Origin: an uncultured Bacteroidales bacterium
Lineage (GTDB): Bacteria > Bacteroidota > Bacteroidia > Bacteroidales > VadinHA17
Assembly: GCA_963813405.1 (NCBI GenBank)
Contig: CAWEYU010000004.1
Coordinates: 324,814-388,813 of the forward strand
Length of the DNA stretch: 64,000 nt
Direction of reading: 5' to 3'
The notes beneath the pieces were generated by a model. That model worked only from the letters and a program-made list of their open reading frames with translations, was not told where the DNA came from and made no database searches. The position numbers were made by a program, and so were the translations under genes. Below are positions 44,477 through 54,372 of the stretch, one piece after another (positions within the stretch are counted from its first letter, which is position 1; every line of letters begins with the position of its first letter).

Positions 44477-46067
44477 TCCAAAAAGAACTTTTACGATTCC
44501 TTTATTCATTGCAATATCTGTGGCTGCCGGAATACTAATTGGCATCTATTTACCCGGCAAAAATAATGTTCCTGCAAATGCCAGCATAAGATTTAGCAAT
44601 GACAAGCTCAGCAGCATCGTCAGAATCATTGAAGAACGCTATGTAGATTCTGTAAACAAAAGAGATCTCGAAGAGGCTGCGATACCTACAATGCTAAAGA
44701 GGCTTGATCCGCACTCAATATATATTCCGGCAAAAGATTTCAAAAGAGCTAATGAACCACTCCAGGGCAACTTTGAAGGAATAGGTATCTCTTTTAGCAT
44801 GATAACAGATACTATTTTGGTTATCAGCACGATACCTGGCGGTCCATCAGAAAAAGTCGGCCTGGAACCCGGGGATAAGATAATTTACGTTAATGATTCT
44901 GTGGTAGCAGGGAAGAAAATCTCCGAAGATGATGTATTGAAATTGCTTAAAGGACCCAGAGGAACAACTGTAAAACTTAAAATTCTCAGAAGGAATCAGA
45001 ACGAACTTCTTCCATTTGAAATAACACGTGACAAGATTCCTATATTTAGTGTTGATGTGGCATATATGTTAAATGGTACTACTGGGTACATTAAGGTGAA
45101 CACTTTTGCATTGACCACATTTGAAGAATTTATGACAGGGATGCGGGAACTTAAGTCGAAAGGAATGACAAAACTTGTTCTTGATCTCAGGCAAAATTCA
45201 GGAGGTGTTATGGAGGCTGCCATTCAGATGGCTAATCAGTTCCTGAAAGAAGGTGATCTGATAGTTTATACCAAAGGAAGGACGCAACCCCGGGATGATG
45301 CTAATGCGACGGGGAAGGGCGAATTTCAAAACCTCGATCTTGTCGTTCTCATTGATGAATTCAGTGCCTCTGCCAGCGAAATATTTGCAGGCGCCATTCA
45401 GGATAATGACAGAGGTACCATTATCGGCCGTCGTTCGTTTGGAAAAGGACTTGTCCAGGAACCGATTATGTTCACTGATGGCTCAGGGATGAGACTCACA
45501 GTTGCCAGATATTACACACCTACAGGCAGGTCAATTCAGAAGCCTTATAACCATGGTGTGGATAAATATAATGAAGACCTTAGCGACAGATACAACAGGG
45601 GGGAATTTGAAGTTTCTGACAGTATTCATTTTGCTGATTCTCTCAAATTTAAAACTCCTAAAGGCAGAATTGTTTATGGAGGGGGGGGTATTATGCCGGA
45701 CAAGTTTGTCCCGGCTGATACTGTTGGAGTATCCGGTTACTTTCTCAGAGTAAGAAATACCGGTCTTATATACCGGTATGCAATCAAATATACGGAAAGA
45801 AACAGAGATATTCTCAATAAGTTTAAAGAAGTAGGTGAGCTGGAAAAATATCTTGATAAACAGGGTCTCCTGGATCAGTTCGTTCAATTTGCCGCAGTTA
45901 ACGGAACTAAATCAGACAGAGCGGGTCTGAAAGCAGCTGGTAAAAGAATCCGTATAGAGCTCAAAGCATATATCGCAAGGAATATTCTCGACAATAAAGG
46001 ATTTTATCCTATTGCAGCTGAGATGGATACAACATTGAAGGTTGCAATTGACTATTTGAAGAAGTAG
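44463..46067 (+). CDS. S41-family carboxy-terminal processing peptidase
   Basis: TM anchor; PDZ segment GGPSEKVGLEPGDKII; catalytic region DEFSASASEIFAGAIQDNDRG. ATG 44463 is preferred over the GTG at 44418. Confidence 0.9.
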   Translation: MNYNNPKRTFTIPLFIAISVAAGILIGIYLPGKNNVPANASIRFSNDKLSSIVRIIEERYVDSVNKRDLEEAAIPTMLKRLDPHSIYIPAKDFKRANEPLQGNFEGIGISFSMITDTILVISTIPGGPSEKVGLEPGDKIIYVNDSVVAGKKISEDDVLKLLKGPRGTTVKLKILRRNQNELLPFEITRDKIPIFSVDVAYMLNGTTGYIKVNTFALTTFEEFMTGMRELKSKGMTKLVLDLRQNSGGVMEAAIQMANQFLKEGDLIVYTKGRTQPRDDANATGKGEFQNLDLVVLIDEFSASASEIFAGAIQDNDRGTIIGRRSFGKGLVQEPIMFTDGSGMRLTVARYYTPTGRSIQKPYNHGVDKYNEDLSDRYNRGEFEVSDSIHFADSLKFKTPKGRIVYGGGGIMPDKFVPADTVGVSGYFLRVRNTGLIYRYAIKYTERNRDILNKFKEVGELEKYLDKQGLLDQFVQFAAVNGTKSDRAGLKAAGKRIRIELKAYIARNILDNKGFYPIAAEMDTTLKVAIDYLKK

Positions 46068-46078
46068 GTATTGTATAA

Positions 46079-46092
46079 GGTGTAGGGTGTAG
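46079..46092 (+). repeat. Tandem heptamer GGTGTAG x2 just after the ctp stop codon
   Basis: ggtgtagggtgtag. Same heptamer family as G[G/T]TGCAG at 49685..49716. Confidence 0.7.
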
Positions 46093-46098
46093 TCGAGC

Positions 46099-46914
46099 CT
46101 AAGCCCGGGTAAAGGATAGGGATTGCTTCGCTATAAATCTGGTCAGTATCTTTATAGTTCGCTCTTCCTCCTCTATAAATCCCAGATGTCCCGAATTCTC
46201 CAGAACAACCAATTCCGCATTAGCCGGCAGATTGACTTTCTCCATGACGCTCTCACAAGGAATATAGCTGTCCATCCGACCTAAAATCCAAAGACAGGGT
46301 ATGCGCCCTTCTTCCATTAATGACAATCGTGAGGGCCTGGAAATCATCCCATTCAAAACTGAAATTATTCCTTCGGCGGATATTTTTGAAGCGATCTCCT
46401 TTGAACGCTTAAGTGCCTCCGAATATTTATTAATATTTTGATTGGCATACATCCTGATCACATTTTCCGGATACATCAGATCTTTTTTCCCGGCGCTGAC
46501 CAGTAATATTTCACGATTTCTTTTTTCTGTTGCTTCAGGTGTGTCGGCTAAAGGATGAGAATGGAAGAGACAATAACCTGTAAGGCTATCAGGAAAAAGT
46601 TCAAGGAAAGCAAGTGCCACATAACCGCCAAGCGAGTGTCCGATAAGGAATACTTTATCTATAGAAAGGGCATCCAGAAGACCTTTTGTAATAGTTGCAA
46701 AAAATTCCATTGAATTAGATGTTCCAATAATGTCTGAAAGCCCATGGCCTGGAAGGTCAATAGCCAATACCCTGAACTTCCCGGATAGTTTTTCGGAGAG
46801 TCCTCTCCATATTTCTGCCGATTCAAGATACCCGTGAATGAATAAAAGTGTCTCCCCATTCCCTGAATCAAAATAATGAATTTTATTTTTCTGAATTGTG
46901 ATAAAATTTTCCAT
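46099..46914 (-). CDS. Alpha/beta-fold hydrolase
   Basis: 271 aa. LLFIHGY oxyanion region, GHSLGG nucleophile elbow, C-terminal GH. Confidence 0.85.
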   Translation of the reverse strand: MENFITIQKNKIHYFDSGNGETLLFIHGYLESAEIWRGLSEKLSGKFRVLAIDLPGHGLSDIIGTSNSMEFFATITKGLLDALSIDKVFLIGHSLGGYVALAFLELFPDSLTGYCLFHSHPLADTPEATEKRNREILLVSAGKKDLMYPENVIRMYANQNINKYSEALKRSKEIASKISAEGIISVLNGMISRPSRLSLMEEGRIPCLWILGRMDSYIPCESVMEKVNLPANAELVVLENSGHLGFIEEEERTIKILTRFIAKQSLSFTRA

Positions 46915-47087
46915 GACCTTCTTTTCGCAAACTTAGCCATTTTACTAATAATGAGCATCGTCTATTCACGAAAAAGCAATTTGTGCTAATTAGCATGTAG
47001 GTATTAATTGCTATTCTGATTAAATCCAATTATTTTTATAATCTACAAATTTCCTTACTACAAATAATGATAAATATTTCATAACCA

Positions 47088-47732
47088 ATGAATAAAGTTT
47101 TGTTTTCCTCAATTTCCAAGAAGTTTATAATGGCGCTGGCGGGATTATTTTTGCTGACATTCCTTCCTGTTCATTTTTCAATCAACCTAATGCTGTTGAA
47201 AAGTAATCCGGAACCATTCAACAAAGCCGCACACTTTATGGCAACATTCCCGGTTATCAGGATTATTGAAGTAGTGCTGATAGCTTCTGTTCTGATTCAT
47301 ATTTCCTGGGGGATTTTTCTTCAAATACAAAACTGGCTCGCACGTCCTGTTGGTTATGCAAGCGGGCAGAAATCAGAAACCTCTTTTTTTTCAAAGTTTA
47401 TGATCTGGACCGGTGCAGCTGTATTGACTTTTCTGGTTCTTCATTTTACCAATTTCTACTTCATCAAACTTGGCCTGGTCGCCGGTAATCCTGAGGATTT
47501 TTATTCCACAGCGCATAAATTGTTCAAAATACCTGCGTATGACTATATTTATTTAACATGCTTTGCCCTGCTGGGATTGCACCTTTACCATGCATTTTCT
47601 TCAGCCTTTCAGACACTGGGTCTAAACCACAGGATATGGACTCCCATTGTAAAGGCGGTTGCTTTGATATACGCTGTTGCCATCCCTGCTGGCTTTGCGT
47701 TAATCTCGATCACCTTGTGGCAGTTCAGGTAG
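47088..47732 (+). CDS. sdhC: Succinate dehydrogenase / fumarate reductase cytochrome b subunit (b558 type)
   Basis: 214 aa, five hydrophobic helices with conserved His, immediately upstream of the flavoprotein subunit. Confidence 0.85.
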   Translation: MNKVLFSSISKKFIMALAGLFLLTFLPVHFSINLMLLKSNPEPFNKAAHFMATFPVIRIIEVVLIASVLIHISWGIFLQIQNWLARPVGYASGQKSETSFFSKFMIWTGAAVLTFLVLHFTNFYFIKLGLVAGNPEDFYSTAHKLFKIPAYDYIYLTCFALLGLHLYHAFSSAFQTLGLNHRIWTPIVKAVALIYAVAIPAGFALISITLWQFR

Positions 47733-47756
47733 AGTTAATTTATAAATAACCTAAAA

Positions 47757-49676
47757 ATGACAAAATTAGATTCAAAGATACCCGATGGTCCTCTTGCTCA
47801 GAAGTGGACAAACTACAAAGCTTCCGTGAAACTGGTCAACCCGGCCAACAAGAAAAAGCTTGAAATAATTGTAGTCGGAACCGGATTATCCGGAGCAAGT
47901 GCCGCTTCATCTCTCGGTGAACTGGGATATAGCGTAAAAAGTTTCTGTTACCAGGATTCTTCACGAAGGGCACATTCCGTTGCAGCCCAGGGCGGTATAA
48001 ATGCTGCCAAGAACTATCAGAACGACGGAGACAGTGTTTATCGCCTTTTTTATGATATTATAAAGGGAGGTGACTTCAGGGCGCGTGAAGCAAATGTATA
48101 CAGGGCAGCCGAGGTAAGTAATCAGGTTATCGATCACATGACTGCACTTGGGGTACCCTTTGCACGCGATTATGGAGGAACGCTTGATACACGATCTTTT
48201 GGAGGGGTACAGGTTTCCAGAACTTTCTATTCTTCAGGACAAACAGGCCAACAATGTCTTTTAGGTGCCTATTCTTCTCTTAACAGACAGATTAAAAAAG
48301 GGAACGTGACAATGTTTCCCCGCCGGGAGATGCTCGATCTTGTTTTAGTAGATGGCAGGGCTCGTGGAATTATTGCCCGGAACCTCCTCACAGGCGAAAT
48401 TGAAAGGCATGCTGCACATGCTGTTGTACTAGCTACAGGTGGCTATGGTACGGTATATTTTTTGTCTACTCTTGCTGTTAATTCAAATGCATCTGCAGCC
48501 TGGAAAGCACACAAAAAAGGAGCCCTTTTTGCCAATCCAAGCTTCGTTCAGATACACCCGACCTGTGTTCCTCAATTAAATGACTTTCAGGCTAAACTGA
48601 CTCTTATGTCTGAATCACTTCGTAACGACGGACGTGTATGGGTACCCAAAATGAAGGGTGATTCAAGACCAGCAAATGAAATAGCTGAAGATGAAAGAGA
48701 CTATTATCTTGAGAGGAGGTATCCGGCTTTTGGAAACCTCGTGCCACGAGATGTTGCATCAAGGGCAGCTAAAGAAAGATGTGATTCAGGTTTTGGTGTT
48801 GGTGAGACCGGATTAGCAGTAAATCTTGACTTCAGGGATGCAATTAAAAAACAGGGCAAGAAAGCCATTGAAAACAAATATGGCAATCTCTTTGAGATGT
48901 ATAAAACTATCACAGGGATTGACTCTTATGAAGAACCGATGCGGATCTACCCTGCCGGCCATTACACGATGGGCGGACTCTGGGTCGATTATGAACTTAT
49001 GACCACAATACCGGGACTTTATGCAATCGGGGAGGCAAATTTTTCAGATCATGGGGCCAATCGTCTGGGAGCAGGTTCCCTGATGCAGACCTCCTGCGAC
49101 GGATATTTCATCCTTCCTAATACAATATCCAATTACCTGGCTGATCAGATCCGGGTTCCGAAAATCGCTACAGACAAACCTGAATTTGAAGAGACCGAAA
49201 AAGCAGCAATAGAAAGACTTAATAAACTTATTTCAATAAAAGGTAAGCAAACAGCCTCTTCATTCCATAAGCGGCTGGGCAAGATAATGTGGGATTATTG
49301 CGGAATGGTAAGAAATGAAGCAGGCCTCAAAAAAGCACTTGTCCTTGTTAATGAACTTAAGGAAGAATTCTGGAAAGATCTGAATATCCCGGGTACTATA
49401 GGAGAACTGAATCCTGAACTTGAAAAAGCGGGAAGGGTGGCAGACTATTTTGAGCTTGCTTCACTTCTTATTACAGATGCGCTTAACCGGCAGGAATCCT
49501 GCGGCGCTCACTTCAGGGAGGAATATCAGACTGAAGATGGCGAAGCTCGCAGAAACGACGAAGAGTTTGCTTATGTGGCAGCCTGGGAATATGCCGGTGA
49601 AGAAAAGCCACATATTCTGCATAAAGAAGAGCTTAAGTTTGAGAATGTGGAGATGAAAGTCAGAAGCTATAAGTAA
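47757..49676 (+). CDS. sdhA: Succinate dehydrogenase / fumarate reductase flavoprotein subunit
   Basis: 639 aa. [16 protein letters not shown] fold, [13 protein letters not shown] (covalent FAD His), HYTMGG, and [10 protein letters not shown]. Confidence 0.95.
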   Translation: MTKLDSKIPDGPLAQKWTNYKASVKLVNPANKKKLEIIVVGTGLSGASAASSLGELGYSVKSFCYQDSSRRAHSVAAQGGINAAKNYQNDGDSVYRLFYDIIKGGDFRAREANVYRAAEVSNQVIDHMTALGVPFARDYGGTLDTRSFGGVQVSRTFYSSGQTGQQCLLGAYSSLNRQIKKGNVTMFPRREMLDLVLVDGRARGIIARNLLTGEIERHAAHAVVLATGGYGTVYFLSTLAVNSNASAAWKAHKKGALFANPSFVQIHPTCVPQLNDFQAKLTLMSESLRNDGRVWVPKMKGDSRPANEIAEDERDYYLERRYPAFGNLVPRDVASRAAKERCDSGFGVGETGLAVNLDFRDAIKKQGKKAIENKYGNLFEMYKTITGIDSYEEPMRIYPAGHYTMGGLWVDYELMTTIPGLYAIGEANFSDHGANRLGAGSLMQTSCDGYFILPNTISNYLADQIRVPKIATDKPEFEETEKAAIERLNKLISIKGKQTASSFHKRLGKIMWDYCGMVRNEAGLKKALVLVNELKEEFWKDLNIPGTIGELNPELEKAGRVADYFELASLLITDALNRQESCGAHFREEYQTEDGEARRNDEEFAYVAAWEYAGEEKPHILHKEELKFENVEMKVRSYK

Positions 49677-49683
49677 AATTCAT

Positions 49684-49760
49684 GGGTGCAGGTTGCAGGG
49701 TGCAGGTTGCAGGGTGAATTTATTTAAAATTCCCCCCTTGAGGGGGGCCAGGGGGATGTA
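49684..49760 (+). repeat. G-rich repeat element in the sdhA-sdhB spacer: 14-nt direct repeat x2.4 (heptamers G[G/T]TGCAG) plus a CCCCCC-ttga-GGGGGG hairpin
   Basis: gggtgcaggttgca at 49684 and 49698, then gggtg. Hairpin stem 49732..49737 / 49742..49747. Followed by ccagggggatg. Confidence 0.9.
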
Positions 49761-49795
49761 ACTGAAGAACTAAAAATACAAAAAAAGAAAATTTT

Positions 49796-50530
49796 ATGAA
49801 GCTCACATTAAAAATATGGCGTCAGAAAAATGCAAAAGCAAAAGGCAGATTTGAAACCTACAAAATGGATGATGTATCTCCTAAAATGGCTTTTCTTGAG
49901 ATGCTCGATGCACTAAATAAAAAGCTTGTTGAAGAGGATAAAGATCCGGTTGCTTTTGACCATGACTGCCGTGAAGGTATTTGCGGGTCATGTGGAATGT
50001 ATATAAACGGCCACCCTCACGGGCCGGTTCCTGCAGTTACAACATGCCATCTTTCAATGAGATATTTCAAAGATGGTGAGACAGTATGGATCGAACCATG
50101 GAGGGCAAAGCCATTCCCGGTAATTAAAGATCTGATCGTCGACAGGAGCGCATTTGACAAGATCCAGACGGCTGGTGGATTTATTTCAATTAATGCCGGA
50201 GCAGCACCCGAAGCTAATTCAATACTTGTGAGCAAGAAAAAGGCTGATGAAGCATTCGATGCTTCTATATGCATCGGGTGCGGAGCTTGTGTGGCAGCCT
50301 GCAAAAATGCTTCGGCAATGCTATTTGTTTCAGCCAAGATAACTCAATTCGCATTGCTGCCCCAGGGCCGGATTGAAGCAAAAGACAGAGTTCAGGCAAT
50401 GGTAACAGCTATGGATGATGCAGGATTTGGAAACTGCTCTAATACAGGTGCATGTGAAGCCGAATGCCCTAAACAGATAAAACTGGTAAACATCGCCAGG
50501 TTGTTCCGCGAATTCTATAAAGCATATTGA
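49796..50530 (+). CDS. sdhB: Succinate dehydrogenase / fumarate reductase iron-sulfur subunit
   Basis: 244 aa. Cys clusters [22 protein letters not shown] and [12 protein letters not shown]. Confidence 0.95.
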   Translation: MKLTLKIWRQKNAKAKGRFETYKMDDVSPKMAFLEMLDALNKKLVEEDKDPVAFDHDCREGICGSCGMYINGHPHGPVPAVTTCHLSMRYFKDGETVWIEPWRAKPFPVIKDLIVDRSAFDKIQTAGGFISINAGAAPEANSILVSKKKADEAFDASICIGCGACVAACKNASAMLFVSAKITQFALLPQGRIEAKDRVQAMVTAMDDAGFGNCSNTGACEAECPKQIKLVNIARLFREFYKAY

Positions 50531-50542
50531 TATTGACCCAAT

Positions 50543-51913
50543 ATGAAAAGAATCCTGTTTGTATTGTTGCTGATTCCTGTCTGTTGCTTCACTGAGGCTC
50601 AAACTATCATCAACCGAGATCCTGAAATTAAAAAGATGGTTGATGAAATATCGAGGGAAAGGATTGAACAACATGTCAGAAAACTGGTCAGCTTTTATAC
50701 AAGGCATAATATGAGTGAACAGAACGATCCGGTAAAAGGGATTGGCGCCTCCTGGAACTGGATTAAAACTGAAATGGAAAAGTATATACCGCAATCGGAA
50801 GGCAGACTTCATGTCAATTTTGAGGAGTATTCAGTTGGCGGACAGGGACAGAGAATACCACAGGAGATTAAATTAAAAAATGTTGTTGCCACGTTGAAAG
50901 GAACAGATCCCAACGATGACAGAATAATAATAATAAGTGCGCACCTTGACTCCAGGGCAGCAGCAGATAATGATAATCAGAGCTTTGCCCCTGGTGCCAA
51001 TGATGACGGCTCGGGGATTGCTGCAATACTTGAGATTATCCGTATAATGTCCACCAGAAAGTTCCCGGCAACTATTGTTTGTATGGCATTATCGGGAGAG
51101 GAACATGGTCTTTATGGCGCTAAATACATGGCTGCCAAAGCTAAAAAAGAAAACTGGAACATAATTGCAATGCTCAATAATGATATGATCGGGAACAGTG
51201 GTTCCAGTGAAACATTGCTGAATGATAATATGAAGTTAAGAGTATTCAGTGAAGGCGTACCTGCATTTGAGACAGAACAAATGGCTTTATCAAGAAAACA
51301 GACCTCCGGAGAAAATGATAGCAGGGCACGCCAGCTGGCCAGATATATTAAGGAAACAGGAGAAAGATATGTTGAGCAGATTAATGTTACACTCATCTTT
51401 CGTAATGACCGGTTCGGCCGTGGTGGTGATCATACACCTTTCTGTCAGGAGGGATTTACAGCAGTGAGATTAACAGAGTACAACGAGAACTATGACAGAA
51501 CTCACAAAGTACCCGGGGTTGTGAATGGAATCCAGCAGGGTGATCTCCCCGAATATGTCGATTATGAATATGTAAGGAAAAACACGGGCATCAACCTCTC
51601 CAGTATCGCTAATCTGGCACTGTCTCCCTATGGACCCTTGAACTGTGGAATGGTTACATCAGGGCTTACAAATAAAACTACCATGAGGTGGGCGGCTCCG
51701 GTAAAAGGGATAAAACCAGCAGGGTATTATATCCTCATCAGAGAAACTTATCAGCCTCTCTGGGAAAAGAAAATATTTGTCACGGGAACTGAAGTGACAC
51801 TGCCTTATTCAAAAGATAACTATTTCTTTGCTATCCAGTCTGTGGATACTTCAGGACATGAGAGTCTTGCTGAGTTTCCGGGTCAGACAAGAAGACAATC
51901 AGGAGCAAACTGA
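50543..51913 (+). CDS. M28-family metallopeptidase with a C-terminal Fn3-like domain
   Basis: 456 aa with a signal peptide. SAHLDS, GANDDGSG, LSGEEHGLYG and NNDMIG zinc-ligand patterns. Confidence 0.85.
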   Translation: MKRILFVLLLIPVCCFTEAQTIINRDPEIKKMVDEISRERIEQHVRKLVSFYTRHNMSEQNDPVKGIGASWNWIKTEMEKYIPQSEGRLHVNFEEYSVGGQGQRIPQEIKLKNVVATLKGTDPNDDRIIIISAHLDSRAAADNDNQSFAPGANDDGSGIAAILEIIRIMSTRKFPATIVCMALSGEEHGLYGAKYMAAKAKKENWNIIAMLNNDMIGNSGSSETLLNDNMKLRVFSEGVPAFETEQMALSRKQTSGENDSRARQLARYIKETGERYVEQINVTLIFRNDRFGRGGDHTPFCQEGFTAVRLTEYNENYDRTHKVPGVVNGIQQGDLPEYVDYEYVRKNTGINLSSIANLALSPYGPLNCGMVTSGLTNKTTMRWAAPVKGIKPAGYYILIRETYQPLWEKKIFVTGTEVTLPYSKDNYFFAIQSVDTSGHESLAEFPGQTRRQSGAN

Positions 51914-53284
51914 TTCTATTTCAGAGACTGTTTTTGGTATTGGTTTTCCAAGAAGTCTGTGTCCTTTTGGGGTTATAAGAATGTTATCCTCAACACGAAT
52001 ACCGCCAAGATCCCTGTAATTTCTAATTTTATCGTAGTTAATAAACTCTTTGAATTTCCCTTCTGAGTTCCACTGGTCTATTAATTCAGGAATGAAATAG
52101 CACCCTGGTTCTATTGTCAGTACATGTCCTGGTATAAATGGAAGTGCAAAGCGAAGGAAAGCGGTTCCAAATTGTGTGCTTCGTTTTATTTCATCATTAT
52201 ACCCGATAAAATTTTCACCCAGGGCTTCCATGTCGTGAACATCGAGTCCCATCATATGTCCCAGGCCATGAGGCATAAACAGGGCATGAGCTCCTGCTGC
52301 AACAGCCTCATCTACGTTACCTTTCATCATTCCAAGCTCTTTCATGCCGGAAGCTATTATCCGGCATGCCATAAAGTGGAGGTCACGATTTGAGATACCT
52401 GGTTTTGCAGCATTTATTGTTTCCATATTAGCATTCAGAACAACTTCATAGATCTCTCTCTGTCTGTCGTTGAACCTTCCACCCACAGGAGTTGTCCTGG
52501 TAATATCTGAAGCATAATGCAGTCTGGTTTCTGCCCCGCAATCGGTAACCATCATCCGGCCTTCCCTGAGAATATTATTATGAGAGTGGTTATGAAGAGT
52601 TTGACCGTTAATGCTTAGAATGATCGGGAAAGAAGTACCTCCTCCTTTTGCCAGGGCGATACCTTCTATCATTCCAAAAATATCCTGCTCTTTTATACCC
52701 GGCTTGCACATTTTCATTGCAGTCACATGCATATCGTACGCAATGCCCACAGCAACATCTATTTCTTCTATTTCCTCTTTTGCCTTGATTGATCTCAACG
52801 AAACCACAGCTTTAATAAGTTCTGTTGAAGCCAGTGTCTTCATCTGACATGGATTTTCCTTCAATAGCGATCCCAGGGTCATCTTTGTCTCACCTCTGTA
52901 AGGTGGAAGAAAATGCACTCTTCTGCCTTTTGAAATAGCCTCTCTTATTGTCTCCTCGAGCTTTGACATTTGAAAAGTTTTGCTTACACCGCACTTTTCA
53001 GCGAGATCCTTAACAGTCAGTTGTGGACCCATCCAGATAATATCATCCATATCCACGTCGTTCCCGAAAATAGTATCTTCGCCGGAATCAAAATCCATAA
53101 CACCGGCAAAACCCTGAAGATCAAGCCCAAAGAAATACAAAAAATCGCTGTCCTGCCGGAAATGGTATGTATTTGCAGGGTAGTTCATTGCAGAATCAAC
53201 GTTACCTAAGAAGAGTGCAAGGCCCGATCCTAATAAGCCATGCAACTTCTTTCTTCTTTCAGCATATATCTCACCTTTAAACAT
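51899..53284 (-). CDS. Xaa-Pro aminopeptidase (M24B family)
   Basis: 461 aa. VTDCGAE, HGLGHMMGLDVHD, LTIEPG and IRVEDN metal-ligand motifs. Confidence 0.9.
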   Translation of the reverse strand: MFKGEIYAERRKKLHGLLGSGLALFLGNVDSAMNYPANTYHFRQDSDFLYFFGLDLQGFAGVMDFDSGEDTIFGNDVDMDDIIWMGPQLTVKDLAEKCGVSKTFQMSKLEETIREAISKGRRVHFLPPYRGETKMTLGSLLKENPCQMKTLASTELIKAVVSLRSIKAKEEIEEIDVAVGIAYDMHVTAMKMCKPGIKEQDIFGMIEGIALAKGGGTSFPIILSINGQTLHNHSHNNILREGRMMVTDCGAETRLHYASDITRTTPVGGRFNDRQREIYEVVLNANMETINAAKPGISNRDLHFMACRIIASGMKELGMMKGNVDEAVAAGAHALFMPHGLGHMMGLDVHDMEALGENFIGYNDEIKRSTQFGTAFLRFALPFIPGHVLTIEPGCYFIPELIDQWNSEGKFKEFINYDKIRNYRDLGGIRVEDNILITPKGHRLLGKPIPKTVSEIESVCS

Positions 53285-53474
53285 CTTTCAAGAATTTATA
53301 TTTATATAATTTAACCCTGCTAAGGTAATACCTTAAAAGATGAAACAAAAGTTATGAGGTTATAAAAAACATGTGCAACATTTCTATTTCTGATCCGTAT
53401 AATGTGTTAACACTACTGAAACTAAGTAAAACTTTGAGGTACTTAATAATCATGAAAATAAAAATGCGAATAGA

Positions 53475-53482
53475 TATTTTTG
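53475..53482 (+). promoter_or_regulatory. Candidate -7 promoter element (TAttTTTG) inside an imperfect palindrome (53466..53506)
   Basis: Exact TAnnTTTG match. gcgaata...tattcgc arms flank it. Confidence 0.35.
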
Positions 53483-53540
53483 TTATGAAAATATTTTTAT
53501 ATTCGCATGTGTTCTCAACAATTTGTTAACAACCCTGTAT

Positions 53541-54269
53541 ATGCCTTACCGTAGATTACCCAACACTGACACCGCAAGAATCAGAGCAATGAAGATAGCT
53601 TTGGAAAAAGGGAAAGAGCTTCCCCCTAACAAAATGGCATTTTCTTCTAAAACGCTTGTGAAATTGCAGTCATTCCTGCCACATTTTGAACATGGAATTT
53701 ATCTTCAGAGACAATCCTCCACATTTCAGAATACGAAAAGCAAGAATTATAATGAGGCTGAGAGAAAAGCAAGAATTTACCTCACACATTTTATCAGGGT
53801 TATGAATATGGCAATATTCCGTGGCGACCTGCCTGTTGAAATAAGGGCATTTTACGGACTCCCAACAAACGAATCTCTCATGCCTTCGCTCAGTACGGAA
53901 AACGAACTGTTAAGCTGGGGCAAAAGGATAATTGAAGGCGAGGAATTCAGAATAAAACGAGGTGGCAGTCCAATTACAAATCCGACTATAGCTGTTGTAA
54001 AGGTGAGGTTTGAAAAGTTTCTTGAAGCGTTAACTTACAATCAGACACTTGAAAAGAAAGCTCACGACTATGTGATTAAAAACAATGAATTGCGAAAAGA
54101 AGCTGATAGTATTATTCTTTCAATCTGGAATGAAGTTGAGATCTGTTTCTCAGACCTTGCTGAAGAGGCTAAAAGGAAAGAATGTGAAGAGTATGGCATG
54201 ATATATTTCTTCAGGAAGGGAGAACTGGAAAAAGTCATTACACCTGAACCCCAAAACACCGCTTTATAA
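53541..54269 (+). CDS. Conserved-looking hypothetical protein
   Basis: ORF 53523..54269. ATG 53541 (MPYRRLPNTDTARIRAMK) is preferred. No motif recognised. Confidence 0.6.
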   Translation: MPYRRLPNTDTARIRAMKIALEKGKELPPNKMAFSSKTLVKLQSFLPHFEHGIYLQRQSSTFQNTKSKNYNEAERKARIYLTHFIRVMNMAIFRGDLPVEIRAFYGLPTNESLMPSLSTENELLSWGKRIIEGEEFRIKRGGSPITNPTIAVVKVRFEKFLEALTYNQTLEKKAHDYVIKNNELRKEADSIILSIWNEVEICFSDLAEEAKRKECEEYGMIYFFRKGELEKVITPEPQNTAL

Positions 54270-54372
54270 TAAAAGCATATCATCTCTGAATAAGCAATAT
54301 CTTTAAGCCCCCTAATCGTTATTATGATTACGGCAGGACAGGTTTCCCATTCAATAAATTGTTAAAATCAAT

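Noticed and set aside
46984-46995. A perfect 12-bp palindrome tgctaattagca about 95 nt upstream of sdhC, considered as a regulator site.
   Set aside because: Spacer-less AT-rich 12-bp palindromes are expected several times by chance in 64 kb, and this one does not match the FNR/CRP-type consensus.
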